Of a DNA stretch of 64,000 bases, positions 26,174-35,804 are shown piece by piece. The stretch comes from an uncultured Actinomycetota bacterium (GTDB lineage Bacteria; Actinomycetota; Actinomycetes; Actinomycetales; Dermatophilaceae), in the NCBI GenBank assembly GCA_963772645.1, contig CAVYYD010000012.1:30024-94023 (forward strand), read 5' to 3'. Each line of letters starts with the position of its first letter. Within the stretch, counting starts at the first letter, position 1. Below the pieces are notes generated by a model that saw only the letters and a list, made by a program, of their open reading frames with translations, was not told the DNA's origin and ran no database searches. The translations under genes were made by a program, and so were the position numbers.

Positions 26174-27190
26174 TCAGGCGTCGGGGTAGCCCTCGGGGTT
26201 GCCGGACTGCCAGCGCCAGGTGTCGGTGCACATGTCGTCGAGGGTGCGCTCGGCCCGCCAGCCCAGCTCGCGGTTGGCCCGGCTCGGGTCGGCGAACGAG
26301 GTCGCGATGTCCCCGGCGCGTCGCCCGACGACCTCGTGGGGCAGCTCGTGGCCGACCGCCCGCTCGAAGGCGTGGAGCAGCTCGAGGACGCTCGTCCCGT
26401 GCCCGGTGCCGAGGTTCCACGTCGAGACCGGGTCGTCGGTGCTGCCGAGGCGGGTCAGGGCGGCGATGTGCCCGGCCGCGAGGTCCTCGACGTGGATGTA
26501 GTCGCGCACACCGGTGCCGTCGGGGGTGGGGTAGTCGTCGCCGAAGACGAGCAGCTTCTCGCGCCGTCCCACGGCGACCTGGGCGATGAAGGGCATGAGG
26601 TTGTTCGGGGTGCCCTGGGGGTCCTCCCCGATGGTCCCCGAGGCGTGCGCGCCGACCGGGTTGAAGTAGCGCAGCAGGGCGATGCGCCACGAGGGGTCCG
26701 CGGCGGCGACGTCGCGGAGAACCTGCTCCTGCATCACCTTGGTCCAGCCGTAGGGGTTGGTCGCCGACGTCGGCCGGTCCTCGGTGGCCGCCTCCTGGTT
26801 CGTCCCGTAGACGGTGGCGGACGAGGAGAAGACGAGCTTGCGCACGCCGTGCCCCCGCATCGCCCGCACCAGCGCGAATGTCGAGCCGAGGTTGTTCTCG
26901 TAGTACTCCAGCGGCCTGGCGACACTCTCCCCGACGGCCTTGAGCCCGGCGAAGTGGATGACGGCGTCGAACGGCTCCTCGGCGAAGAGGCGCTCGGTGG
27001 CGTCGCTGTCGGTGAGGTCGAAGGCCCGCACGTCGAGGGGCCGGCCGGTGATCGCCTCGATCCGGCCGACGACCGTGGGCTTGGCGTTGGCGAACGAGTC
27101 GACGACGACGACGTCGTGTCCGGCGCCGACGAGCTGGATGACCGTGTGGGAGCCGATGTAGCCGGCACCGCCGGAGACGAGGACGCGCAT
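26174..27190 (-). CDS. galE: UDP-glucose 4-epimerase
   Basis: [15 protein letters not shown] (GxxGxxG), [19 protein letters not shown] (YxxxK), [10 protein letters not shown]. Confidence 0.9.
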   Translation of the reverse strand: MRVLVSGGAGYIGSHTVIQLVGAGHDVVVVDSFANAKPTVVGRIEAITGRPLDVRAFDLTDSDATERLFAEEPFDAVIHFAGLKAVGESVARPLEYYENNLGSTFALVRAMRGHGVRKLVFSSSATVYGTNQEAATEDRPTSATNPYGWTKVMQEQVLRDVAAADPSWRIALLRYFNPVGAHASGTIGEDPQGTPNNLMPFIAQVAVGRREKLLVFGDDYPTPDGTGVRDYIHVEDLAAGHIAALTRLGSTDDPVSTWNLGTGHGTSVLELLHAFERAVGHELPHEVVGRRAGDIATSFADPSRANRELGWRAERTLDDMCTDTWRWQSGNPEGYPDA

Positions 27191-27262
27191 GGGCACCGAC
27201 CCTACTGGCCGGTCGCCGGGCGCGGCCGCGCCGCGCGGCCGCCGGCCGCCGGCCGCGGCGGT

Positions 27263-27646
27263 TCAGTCCCGGTCGTCGGGCAGCACGAGGCTCAACGCCC
27301 AGGAGACCACCGAGATGACGAGCGCCGCCAGGATCGCGTCCCAGAAGAAGTGGTCGATCCTGAAGGCCAGGCCGAACACGCCGCTGATCCAGGCGACGAG
27401 CTCGAGCAGCAGCGCGTTGAGGACCAGGAGGAAGAGCCCGAGCGTCAGGATGATGAACGGCAGCGAGAGCAGCTTGGCGATCGGCTTCACGACGGCGTTG
27501 ACGAGGCCGAAGATCAGGGCGACCAGGAGGATGGTCACGACGTTCTTGCTCGTGGACCCGCCCTCGCCGAGGTGCACGCCCTGGACCAGCCAGGCCGCGA
27601 CCCACAGGGCGATGCCGTTGACGACGACCCGGAGGATGAGGCTCAT
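27263..27646 (-). CDS. Phage-holin-4-2-family (4-TM) membrane protein
   Basis: [21 protein letters not shown]...[44 protein letters not shown]. Start at ATG 27646. Confidence 0.7.
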   Translation of the reverse strand: MSLILRVVVNGIALWVAAWLVQGVHLGEGGSTSKNVVTILLVALIFGLVNAVVKPIAKLLSLPFIILTLGLFLLVLNALLLELVAWISGVFGLAFRIDHFFWDAILAALVISVVSWALSLVLPDDRD

Positions 27647-27746
27647 CACGGGCCTGATTGTGGCAGAGCGCCGGCCCACGCCCAAGCACCGCCGCCCGCC
27701 CGCGTGGACGGCCTCCGCTCGCCCCCGGCGCCCTAGAGTGGTCGCC

Positions 27747-28868
27747 ATGACCGACCCCGACGACGAGGGCGGCGTCACGGCGACCCCGGTGCGGCTGCGC
27801 TCGGCCCTGGCCGCCCTGCCCGCGTACGCGCCCGGACGCCCCGCCGCTGCCCGCCCCGGCCTCACCGCGTACAAGGTGAGCAGCAACGAGAACCCGTACC
27901 CGCCGCTGCCCAGCGTCCTGGACGCCGTCCGGGACGCCGCCGGCGCGATGAACCGCTACCCCGACATGGCGGTCACGGCGCTCACCGAGGTCCTCGCCGC
28001 GCGGCTCGAGGTGCCGGCAGCCCGGATCTCCACCGGGCCCGGGTCGGTCGGGGTGCTCGACCAGCTGGTCCGGGCGACCTGCGACGACGGTGACGAGGTC
28101 GTCTTCGCCTGGCGCTCCTTCGAGGCCTACCCCATCCTCACCACGCTCGCCGGCGCGAGGCCGGTGATGGTGCCACTGGCCCCCGGCGCACGCCACGACC
28201 TCGACGCGATGGCGGCCGCGGTGACCGACCGAACCCGCCTGGTGCTCGTCTGCACCCCGAACAACCCGACCGGGACCAGCGTGGGTGCCGCCGAGCTCGA
28301 GGCGTTCCTCGACCGGGTCCCCGAGCACGTGCTCGTCGTCCTCGACGAGGCCTACCTCGAGTTCGTCACCGCCGCCGACGCGCCCGACGCCATGGCCGTG
28401 CACCGGGCCCGGCCCAACGTCGTCGTGCTCCGCACCTTCTCCAAGGCCTACGGCCTGGCCGGGCTGCGGGTGGGCTACGCGGTCGCGCACGAGCCGGTGG
28501 CGGATGCGCTGCGCAGGTCCGCCCTGCCGTTCGGGGTCAACTCCCTCGCCCAGGTGGCGGCGGTGGCCTCGCTGGAAGCCGCCGACGAGCTCGAGGTGCG
28601 GGTCAAGGAGCTCGTGGCCGAGCGCGAACGCGTCGTCGCCGCGCTGCGCGACCAGGGCTGGGAGCTGCCCGACCAGCAGGCCAACTTCGTCTGGTTCCCG
28701 CTCGGTGAGGACACCCCGGCGTTCGCCGCGGCGTGCGAGGAGTCGGGCCTCACCGTGCGGCCGTACGGCACCGACGGGGTGCGGGCGACGGTGGCCGAGC
28801 GCGCGGCCAACGACCGGCTCGTCGAGGTCGCGGGCCGCTTCCGCCGGACGGAGCGCTCCGGCGGCTGA
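27747..28868 (+). CDS. Class I/II aminotransferase (histidinol-phosphate / aromatic aminotransferase-like)
   Basis: [31 protein letters not shown] and [17 protein letters not shown] (PLP lysine). Confidence 0.85.
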   Translation: MTDPDDEGGVTATPVRLRSALAALPAYAPGRPAAARPGLTAYKVSSNENPYPPLPSVLDAVRDAAGAMNRYPDMAVTALTEVLAARLEVPAARISTGPGSVGVLDQLVRATCDDGDEVVFAWRSFEAYPILTTLAGARPVMVPLAPGARHDLDAMAAAVTDRTRLVLVCTPNNPTGTSVGAAELEAFLDRVPEHVLVVLDEAYLEFVTAADAPDAMAVHRARPNVVVLRTFSKAYGLAGLRVGYAVAHEPVADALRRSALPFGVNSLAQVAAVASLEAADELEVRVKELVAERERVVAALRDQGWELPDQQANFVWFPLGEDTPAFAAACEESGLTVRPYGTDGVRATVAERAANDRLVEVAGRFRRTERSGG

Positions 28869-28871
28869 CCG

Positions 28872-29924
28872 GTGCGCATCCTCCTCACCGGCGCGGCCGG
28901 TTTCATCGGCACGGCGACCTGGACGCTGCTCGTCGCGGAGGGCCACGAGGTCGTCGCCGTCGACCTGCTCCTCCCCGAGGCGCACGCAGCGGCCACCCGG
29001 GACCGGCCGCCGCCGGGGGTGCACGTGCTCGACGTCCGGTCGGCCGGCCGCTGGACGGACCTGCTCCAGGGAGTCGACGTCGTCCTCCACCTCGCGGCGA
29101 TGGTCGGGGCCGGGACGAGCGCGGCCGACCTGCCGCTCTACGCCGGCCACAACGACCTGGGCACCGCGGCGCTGCTGGCCGGGATGCACGCCGGCGGGGT
29201 GACCCGCCTGGTCCAGGCATCCTCGATGGTGGTCTACGGGGAGGGGCGCTACACCTGCCCGGAGCACGGCACGGTGGCGCCGGGGCCGCGCAGCGCCGCG
29301 GCCCTCGGCCGCGGGGAGTTCGACACCCCGTGCCCGGGCTGCGGCAGGCCGCTCGACTGGGCGCTCGTCGAGGAGTCGGCGCCGCTGGACCCGAGGTCGA
29401 GCTATGCCGCGAGCAAGGTCGCCCAGGAGCACTACGCCACCGCGTGGGTCCGGCAGGCGCCCGGCGCGGCGGTCTCGCTGCGCTACCACAACGTCTACGG
29501 CCCCGGGATGCCGCGGGACACCCCGTACTCGGGGGTCGCGGCGATGTTCCGTTCCTCGCTGGAGCGGGGCGAGCCGCCGACCGTCTTCGAGGACGGCCGG
29601 CAGATGCGCGACTTCGTGCACGTCGAGGACGTCGCCCGGGCCAACCTCGCCGCGGCGCGGGCCGTCGGCGGGTACGACGCCGGCCGCCACGAGGCGTACA
29701 ACGTCTGCTCCGGCACCCCGGTCTCGATCGGTGAGGTGGCCCGGTTCGTCGCGTCCGGGGCCGGGTCGGCACTCCCGCCGCGGGTCACCGGTCGCTACCG
29801 GCTCGGGGACGTCCGGCACGTCGTCGCCTCACCGCGCCGGGCCCGCGACGAGCTCGGTTTCGTCGCCGAGGTCGCCCCGGACGGGGGGCTGGCTGCGTTC
29901 GCGACCGCCCCCCTCCGAGCCTGA
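28872..29924 (+). CDS. NAD-dependent epimerase/dehydratase (extended SDR) with a Cys/His-rich insertion
   Basis: MRILLTGAAGFIGTA (Rossmann), SSYAASKVAQE (YxxxK). The insert is CPEHG...CPGCG at codons about 129-157. Confidence 0.85.
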   Translation: MRILLTGAAGFIGTATWTLLVAEGHEVVAVDLLLPEAHAAATRDRPPPGVHVLDVRSAGRWTDLLQGVDVVLHLAAMVGAGTSAADLPLYAGHNDLGTAALLAGMHAGGVTRLVQASSMVVYGEGRYTCPEHGTVAPGPRSAAALGRGEFDTPCPGCGRPLDWALVEESAPLDPRSSYAASKVAQEHYATAWVRQAPGAAVSLRYHNVYGPGMPRDTPYSGVAAMFRSSLERGEPPTVFEDGRQMRDFVHVEDVARANLAAARAVGGYDAGRHEAYNVCSGTPVSIGEVARFVASGAGSALPPRVTGRYRLGDVRHVVASPRRARDELGFVAEVAPDGGLAAFATAPLRA

Positions 29925-29950
29925 CCCGGCCTGACCGGGCCTGACCGGGT
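29921..29950. repeat. Three tandem 10-mers CTGACCSGGY spanning the epimerase stop codon
   Basis: Read directly as ctgacccggc ctgaccgggc ctgaccgggt. Confidence 0.8.
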
Positions 29951-29970
29951 CCGTCCCGGCGGTGCCCCCG

Positions 29971-31380
29971 TCAGCCGACCAGGGCGTGGCCGAACCGGAA
30001 CAGGTTGTCGGGGTCGACGGCGTGCTTGACCCGCAGCAGCCGGGCGTGGTCCTCGGGCTGCCACAGTGCGGCCAGCTCGGCCGGGGTGGCGTCGCCGACG
30101 AGCGTCGCGAGCGCCGTCCCGGTCGACCACGGAGCCGTCGCCGCGTGGACGCGCTCCCCGGCCGCCACGACGGCCGGGCCGACCGGTGGGGCCAGGACCC
30201 CGAGGGTGAAGAGGCTGTAGGCCCCCTCGCGGCCGGGAACGGCGTTCGGCGGCGCCGCGGGGCGGGCCACGGCGCCGCCCATGAGTCGCAGCTCGACCAT
30301 GACGAGCTCCGGGCTGCGGCCCGGCCCGGCCGCCTCGAGGATCGCCTCGACCGCCGGCGCGGGGAGCTCGCGCACCAGCGACCCCTTCTCCCACGTCGGC
30401 ATCGGGTCGGTCGGGTCCTGGTGGATGACGTCGACCATCGAGGACGGGATGCGGGACACGCCGTCGACGAGGACCGTGCCCGCCTCGCGCATCGGCGCCA
30501 GCAGCCCGGCCGCCTCCTCGTCGGTGCCGTCGAGGGCGAAGCGCAGCATGACGACGTACTGGCCGCGCAGTGGTTCGGGGACGGTCGGCAGCGGCGGAAG
30601 GTTGACGAGGGCGACCGAGGTGCTCGCGGTCTCCGGCAGCGTCGCCGACCAGGTCCGGAAGGAGTGGAGCACCGACGCCGCGCTCTCCCCGGCGAAGACC
30701 AGGGCGCCGGCGTGCAGGGTCGGGACCGGGACGAGCTCCACCTCGAGCGCGGTGACGACCCCGAAGTTGCCCTTGCCGCCCCGGACCGCCCAGAAGAGGT
30801 CCGCCTCGGTGCTCGCGTCGACCCGGCGCAGGCGCCCGTCTGCGGTGACCAGCTCGAGGGAGCGCACCCGGTCGGCCCCGAAGCCGTACCGGCGGCTCAG
30901 CGGTCCGAGGCCGCCGCCGAGGCAGAAGCCGATGACGCCCACCCCGGTCGAGGAGCCGGTGACCGCCGTGAGCCCGTGCGGTTCGGCCGCGGCGAGGACC
31001 TCGGCCCACCGGGCGCCGCCGGTCACCCGGGCGAGCCGGCGCTCGGCGTCGACGGACACCGAGGACATCCCTCCGGTCGTGACGAGGACCGCCGCCCCCT
31101 CGACCGGGCGGATCGCGCCGTGGCCGGTGGCGTGCACGGCGAGCGGGAGGCCGCGCCGGGCGGCCCAGCTCACGGCCGCGACGACGTCCCGCGGACCGAG
31201 GGCGGCCACGACCACCTCGGGCCGGTGCCGCACGGCGAGGTTGAACGTGGCGACCTCCTCGTCGTAGCCGGGGTCGCCGGGAACGAGCACCGGCCCGGTG
31301 AGCGAGCGGCGGAGCTCGTCGAGCCCGTGGTCGGCCGCGGCCGGCCGCGGGTGGCCGGGCCGGGTGGGGGTGGTGGTCAT
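29971..31380 (-). CDS. FAD-binding oxidoreductase (FAD_binding_4 / BBE-like)
   Basis: From ATG 31380 (MTTTPTRPG) it contains VHATGHG, GGARWAEVL, GSSTGVGVIGFCLGGGLGPLSRRYG and a C-terminal LLRVKHAVDPDNLFRFGH (BBE tail). Confidence 0.85.
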   Translation of the reverse strand: MTTTPTRPGHPRPAAADHGLDELRRSLTGPVLVPGDPGYDEEVATFNLAVRHRPEVVVAALGPRDVVAAVSWAARRGLPLAVHATGHGAIRPVEGAAVLVTTGGMSSVSVDAERRLARVTGGARWAEVLAAAEPHGLTAVTGSSTGVGVIGFCLGGGLGPLSRRYGFGADRVRSLELVTADGRLRRVDASTEADLFWAVRGGKGNFGVVTALEVELVPVPTLHAGALVFAGESAASVLHSFRTWSATLPETASTSVALVNLPPLPTVPEPLRGQYVVMLRFALDGTDEEAAGLLAPMREAGTVLVDGVSRIPSSMVDVIHQDPTDPMPTWEKGSLVRELPAPAVEAILEAAGPGRSPELVMVELRLMGGAVARPAAPPNAVPGREGAYSLFTLGVLAPPVGPAVVAAGERVHAATAPWSTGTALATLVGDATPAELAALWQPEDHARLLRVKHAVDPDNLFRFGHALVG

Positions 31381-31501
31381 GTCGTCCTCCTGGGTCCGCG
31401 GCCCCGGGTGGGCCGTCCGAGGACAGGCTCGCCGGGGCGCCGCGGCCGGGTCCACGAGAAATCCGCTCACGGCCGGGAGGCAGCGCCTAACATCGCAGGT
31501 C

Positions 31502-32392
31502 ATGGAGCTGCGCCAGCTGCGCTACTTCGTCACCGTCGCCGAGACGCTGCACTTCGGCCGGGCGGCCGAGCAGCTGCACCTCGCGACGCCGTCGCTGAGC
31601 CAGCAGGTGCGGGTGCTCGAGCGCGACCTCGGTGTCCGGCTGCTGGACCGGTCGAGTGCCGGGGTGGCGCTCACCGCAGCGGGAGCGGAGCTGCTGCCGC
31701 TGGCCCGGCGCGTCCTGGCGGCGGCCGACGAGGTCTCGGACGCCGCCCGTCGCCACGCCCAGGGCCGGGTGAGCGTGCTGCGGCTCGGCTTCATCGCCTT
31801 CTCGCTCACCACCCGCACCCGGGGGCTGCTCACCGAGTACGGTCGCGCCGCCCCGACCGTGACGGTCCGGCTGCGCCAGTACGAGTGGGACGACCCGGCG
31901 GCGGGGCTGCTGACCGGCGACTCCGACGCCGCCTTCGTCCGCCCGCCGTTCCGGGGCGCGGAGCGGCTTCACCTGCTCGAGCTGGCCCGCGAACGGCTGC
32001 TCGTCGTCCTCTCCGAGGGCCACCCGCTGGCGGCCCGGGCCTCCGTCGGCCTCGAGGAGCTGCTGGCCGAGCCGTGGTTGGAGTCCGCGGACGTCACCGA
32101 CCCCGAGTTCGCCGACTTCTGGTACCTGCGCTCCCGGCGCGGTGGCTCCGGGCGGGTGGTGTCGCAGGCCGCGACGGTCGAGGAGTGGCTGGCCTCGGTC
32201 GCCCTGGGGCGCGGGCTGAACCTCGTGCCGCGGAGCCTGGCCGAGGGCTACCGGCGCCCCGGGCTCGCCTTCGTGCCGGTGGCCGACGAGGAGGCGCGCT
32301 CCCCCCTCGTCCTCGCCTGGCCGCGCGAGGACCCCGCGCCGGCCGCCGTCGACCTGGCCCGGTTCTGCGCGGCGCGCGGCGCCGGGTCCTGA
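31502..32392 (+). CDS. LysR-family transcriptional regulator, divergent from the FAD oxidase
   Basis: MELRQLRYFVTVAETLHFGRAAEQLHLATPSLSQQVRVLERDLGVRLLDR is a canonical LysR HTH. Confidence 0.9.
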   Translation: MELRQLRYFVTVAETLHFGRAAEQLHLATPSLSQQVRVLERDLGVRLLDRSSAGVALTAAGAELLPLARRVLAAADEVSDAARRHAQGRVSVLRLGFIAFSLTTRTRGLLTEYGRAAPTVTVRLRQYEWDDPAAGLLTGDSDAAFVRPPFRGAERLHLLELARERLLVVLSEGHPLAARASVGLEELLAEPWLESADVTDPEFADFWYLRSRRGGSGRVVSQAATVEEWLASVALGRGLNLVPRSLAEGYRRPGLAFVPVADEEARSPLVLAWPREDPAPAAVDLARFCAARGAGS

Positions 32393-32401
32393 CCGGGGTC
32401 C

Positions 32402-33799
32402 TCACCAGACGGTGCGGACGAGGTGCTGCAGGAGCAGCGCGGCCACTCCCTGCCCGACGAGGGCCCACCGGTGCCACCGGACCGGCAGCCAGGGGAGCGA
32501 GAGCAGCAGCCACGGCACGAACGGCAGCCAGATCCGTTCCACCTCGGCCTTGCTCATCAGGGAGAGGTCGGCGACGGCGACCATCGCGACCCCGGCGAGG
32601 ACGAGCGAGCCCACCGGGTCCACCAGCCTTCCCCGGCTGGTCGCCGCCGCGGCGACCAGCCGGGGAAGGCCGGCTCCCAGCCCGGCGGCGAGCCCCGGCC
32701 CGGCGCACACGAGGAGCGCCGCGAGGTTGCCGACGACCCAGTACCAGGCCGGGCGGTGGCTCGCGATGCCGACCCAGTAGCGCTCCCGCAGCACCGGGTA
32801 CGCCTCCCACCACGCGAAGCCCAGGGCCGCGAACGCCAGCACCACCGCGAGCGCGACCCCGGCAGCCGCCGTGCCCACCGCCACGCGCCGCCGTGCCGGC
32901 CCGGGGCCCACGACGAGCACGGCGAGCGCGAGGAGGGCGAGCAGGACGAGCCCGTAGGACTCCATGAGGCACCAGCCGAGGAGCAGCCCGGCGAGGACCG
33001 CGAGCGCCCAGCGCTGCAGCCCCCCGCCAGCCCGGAGCGCGCCCGCCAGCGCGGCCGCGCCCCAGGCCGCGGTCGCCGCGAACAGGGCGTCGGCGGAGAC
33101 GGCCATGAGCACCGCCGACGGACCGAGCACGAGGAAGGGGAGCGCGGCCCGCGCGGCCGGACGGGCCCCGAGCCGGTCGAGGGTGACCGCGACCGCGGCC
33201 GGCACGCTCGCGCCGACCGCGACGACGACGAGCCCGCTCGCCAGCCAGGACCCGAGCCCGAGCCGGACCAGCGCGACGAACCCGAGCACCGCCCCCGGCG
33301 GGTGGCCGGCCAGGTGCACGGCAAGGTGGTCGGGCCGGTCGAACGGGACTCGCTCGACGTAGGTCCGCAGGAACGTCCCGACGTCGTCCACCTGCCGGGC
33401 GCTCTGGAGGTACTCGGTCCCGCTGTCGAGGACGCGGCCCAGCCCCGGCACGCCGTCGACGAGGGCGAGCGCGACCATCCAGGTCACGGCGAAAACCCAG
33501 GAGAGCGCCAGCGCCCCACCCCAGCGCAGCCGGCCGGCCCGCGCCCGGAGCGCCGGCACCCCCGCCGCGACGACGAGCGTCGCCGCGACGAGGCTGCTCG
33601 GGCCGTACCGCAGCATCCAGTCGCCGAGCAACGGTGCGGCGGACCCGGCCGCGACGTCGACGCCGGTGAGGGCCGGCACGACGGCCGCGACGGCGACGAG
33701 GCCCAGACCGGCCACCAGCCCCCACGCCGCGCGCCGTCCCCGGCCGTCCACGTCCCGGGCCCGCGGGGCGTGCGCCGGCGTCCCGGGTGCCGTGGCCAT
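32402..33799 (-). CDS. Polytopic integral membrane protein, possibly a GT-C-type glycosyltransferase
   Basis: A 465-aa ORF with more than 10 hydrophobic segments, beside GT2 and DUF2064 genes. The functional call is weak. Confidence 0.5.
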   Translation of the reverse strand: MATAPGTPAHAPRARDVDGRGRRAAWGLVAGLGLVAVAAVVPALTGVDVAAGSAAPLLGDWMLRYGPSSLVAATLVVAAGVPALRARAGRLRWGGALALSWVFAVTWMVALALVDGVPGLGRVLDSGTEYLQSARQVDDVGTFLRTYVERVPFDRPDHLAVHLAGHPPGAVLGFVALVRLGLGSWLASGLVVVAVGASVPAAVAVTLDRLGARPAARAALPFLVLGPSAVLMAVSADALFAATAAWGAAALAGALRAGGGLQRWALAVLAGLLLGWCLMESYGLVLLALLALAVLVVGPGPARRRVAVGTAAAGVALAVVLAFAALGFAWWEAYPVLRERYWVGIASHRPAWYWVVGNLAALLVCAGPGLAAGLGAGLPRLVAAAATSRGRLVDPVGSLVLAGVAMVAVADLSLMSKAEVERIWLPFVPWLLLSLPWLPVRWHRWALVGQGVAALLLQHLVRTVW

Positions 33800-33854
33800 C
33801 CCCCAAGGATGCCGTGCCCGGCATCCCCGGCACCCGGCCGCCTAGGGTTCCCGC

Positions 33855-34523
33855 GTGGACCCGATCTGCGACCTCGTGCTGCCGTGCCGCGACGAGGCGG
33901 CCGCCCTGCCCGCCGTGGTCGCCGCCGTGCCGGACGGGTTCCGCGTCCTCGTCGTCGACAACGGCTCGACGGACGGGACCGCCGACGTCGCCCGCTCGCT
34001 CGGCGTCACCGTCGTCCACGAGCCCAGGGCCGGCTACGGCGCCGCGGTCCAGGCCGGCGTCGAGGCGGCCACCGCGGAGTACCTCGCGGTGCTCGACGGC
34101 GACGGCTCGATGGACCCCCGCGACCTGCTGCCGCTCCTCGACGACGTCCGGGCCGGGCGGGCCGCCATGGCCTGTGGGCGCCGCCGGCCGGCCACCCGGG
34201 GAGCCTGGCCGTGGCACGCCCGCCTCGGCAACGCCGTGGTCCTCGCGTGGCTGCGCCGTCGCACCGGGCTCCCGGTCCGCGACATCGCCCCGGCGCGGGT
34301 GTGCCGCCGGGCCGACCTGCTCGCCCTCGGGGTCGAGGACCGCCGCTTCGGGTACCCGGTCGAGCTCCTCGTGCGCGCCCGGCGGGCCGGCTGGGTGCTC
34401 ACCGAGCGCGACATCGCCTACCGGCCGCGGGCCGCGGGGACCCGCTCGAAGGTGTCGGGGTCGGTGCGGGGCACGCTGCGAGCCGGGCGCGACTTCGCCC
34501 GGGTCCTCGCCCGGTACTCCTGA
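33855..34523 (+). CDS. Family 2 glycosyltransferase (polyprenyl-phosphate sugar synthase-like)
   Basis: LVLPCRDEAAALPAVV...VLVVDNGSTDGTADVAR...AVLDGDGSMDP (DxD)...GYPVELLVRA. Confidence 0.85.
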   Translation: MDPICDLVLPCRDEAAALPAVVAAVPDGFRVLVVDNGSTDGTADVARSLGVTVVHEPRAGYGAAVQAGVEAATAEYLAVLDGDGSMDPRDLLPLLDDVRAGRAAMACGRRRPATRGAWPWHARLGNAVVLAWLRRRTGLPVRDIAPARVCRRADLLALGVEDRRFGYPVELLVRARRAGWVLTERDIAYRPRAAGTRSKVSGSVRGTLRAGRDFARVLARYS

Positions 34524-34540
34524 GCGGGACGACCTCCGGC

Positions 34541-35629
34541 TCAGCCCTTGATGACGAGCAGCGGGTTCCGCGCCGGGTCCATCCAGCGGATCGTGTCGGT
34601 GAGCTCGCCGCGGTTGGAGAGTCCGACGCAGCCGAGGGTGTGGCCCCCCGCCGGGGTGTAGTGGAGGAAGAAGCCGGCGCCCGACCCGCCGCCGGTCCGC
34701 TTCGGGTCGGCGTAGTTGTAGCCGAAGACCGCCGCCTGCCGGTACTGCCCCGTCGTGTTGGTGATGTAGCTCATGAGGTGCTCGGAGTCGTCGGCGACCG
34801 GCTGCGGGAGCGAGCAGTCCTCGCGCCACCGGTTGTAGTCCGGCTGGTCGGGGGCCTCGATCCACCACGAGCAGGCGGTCGCCGTGCGGTACGGCATCCT
34901 CGTGCCCGGGTTGCCCTGGCCGAAGGCGAAGACGATCGGCCACGTGCCGATCGGCGTCTGGTACCCACCGGCGTGGGTCTGGGTGGCGGGAACCGTGCCG
35001 TTGATGCCGAACGCCGCCGACGAGGACGCCCCCACCCGCACCCAGCGCGAGCCGTCCCACTGGTAGCGCGCCCAGGTGCCCTGGGTGCCGCTCGTGCGGT
35101 CGGCGACCATCACCTGGGTCGAGGTCCGGAAGGACACGCTCGTCCCGGGAGCGTAGGGGGATGTCGGGGCCGCGGTGGCCGTCGGCGGGGGGCTGGGACG
35201 AGGGGCCCGGGTCGGCGTCGCGGTCCGGGTCGGCCTGCCGGTCGAGGTGGGGACCAGGACCGGGCCGGTGAGCCTGAGCACCTGCCCGACACGGACGAGG
35301 GCCGGGTCCGTGATGCCGTTGATCCCGGCCAGGTGCTCCCAGGACATGCCGAACCGCGCGGCCACGAGGGCGAGGGTGTCGCCGCTGCGGACCCGGTAGG
35401 TCGTCGGTGACGGGCTCGGCGTGCGGGTCGGGGACGGGGTCGCGGTCACCGAGGGGCGCGGCGACGCCGCCGCGGTCGGGGTGGCCGGTGCCGGCGAGGT
35501 CGGCGCGGGAGGCATCGCCGCGACCCGGGTGCCGCACGCACCGAGCGCCAGCGCGGCTGCCAGGGCCGCGAGGGGGAGCGCCCGGTGGGAGCGGGCCGGG
35601 CGTACCGGCTGGGGGTCTCGGGGTGCCAC
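34541..35629 (-). CDS. LysM-domain lipoprotein with a C-terminal L,D-transpeptidase-like (YkuD_2-type) domain. The start is uncertain (GTG 35629 chosen; the ORF is open to 35812).
   Basis: Signal/lipobox-like ALPLAALAAALALGAC; LysM YRVRSGDTLALVAARFGMSWEHLAGINGI...VGQVLRL; C-terminal GAGFFLHYTPAGGHTLGCVGL. Confidence 0.7.
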   Translation of the reverse strand: MAPRDPQPVRPARSHRALPLAALAAALALGACGTRVAAMPPAPTSPAPATPTAAASPRPSVTATPSPTRTPSPSPTTYRVRSGDTLALVAARFGMSWEHLAGINGITDPALVRVGQVLRLTGPVLVPTSTGRPTRTATPTRAPRPSPPPTATAAPTSPYAPGTSVSFRTSTQVMVADRTSGTQGTWARYQWDGSRWVRVGASSSAAFGINGTVPATQTHAGGYQTPIGTWPIVFAFGQGNPGTRMPYRTATACSWWIEAPDQPDYNRWREDCSLPQPVADDSEHLMSYITNTTGQYRQAAVFGYNYADPKRTGGGSGAGFFLHYTPAGGHTLGCVGLSNRGELTDTIRWMDPARNPLLVIKG

Positions 35630-35642
35630 GCGCGGGCCTTCC

Positions 35643-35672
35643 GTGGTCGTGGTCGTGGTCGTGGTCGTGGCC
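35643..35672. repeat. Hexanucleotide tandem repeat (GTGGTC x4 plus GTGGCC)
   Basis: It is either 5' of the LysM gene or, if the longer ORF is used, encodes a Thr9 run (ACCACG)n. Confidence 0.85.
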
Positions 35673-35804
35673 GGGGCGCGGGCCCTGCCACCGTGCCGGT
35701 CGCCCGTGAGGCTACCCGAGCGGTGCGTGCGGCGCCCGGACGTCACGAGGACGTAAGGCCCGGCCACCTGCCGGCACCCGCGAGGTCCACCTAGCGTCGA
35801 GGGC

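Noticed and set aside
25797-29819. Very long ORFs in the track (this 1340-aa one, plus 36008..39757-, 32094..35537-, 18754..22380+, 4245..7001+, 2177..4468-, 38347..41607- upstream part, 48435..51434- upstream part and others) that might look like giant genes.
   Set aside because: Their translations are R/P/G/A-rich low-complexity strings with no motifs. They run antisense or out of frame across several well-supported genes. Stop codons are rare in off-frames at this GC content, so these are compositional artefacts.
35630-35804. A possible ydaO-type (cyclic-di-AMP) riboswitch upstream of the LysM/cell-wall gene, a common actinobacterial arrangement. The segment ccgctcgggtagcctcacgggcg vaguely resembles CCGUCAGCUAACCUCGUAGGCG.
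   Set aside because: Only about 14 of 20 positions match in that one segment. The other conserved blocks I remember (GGGGUGAAUC, ACGGGGA, CCCGAA) are absent. A covariance-model scan would be needed, and by eye it is not supported.
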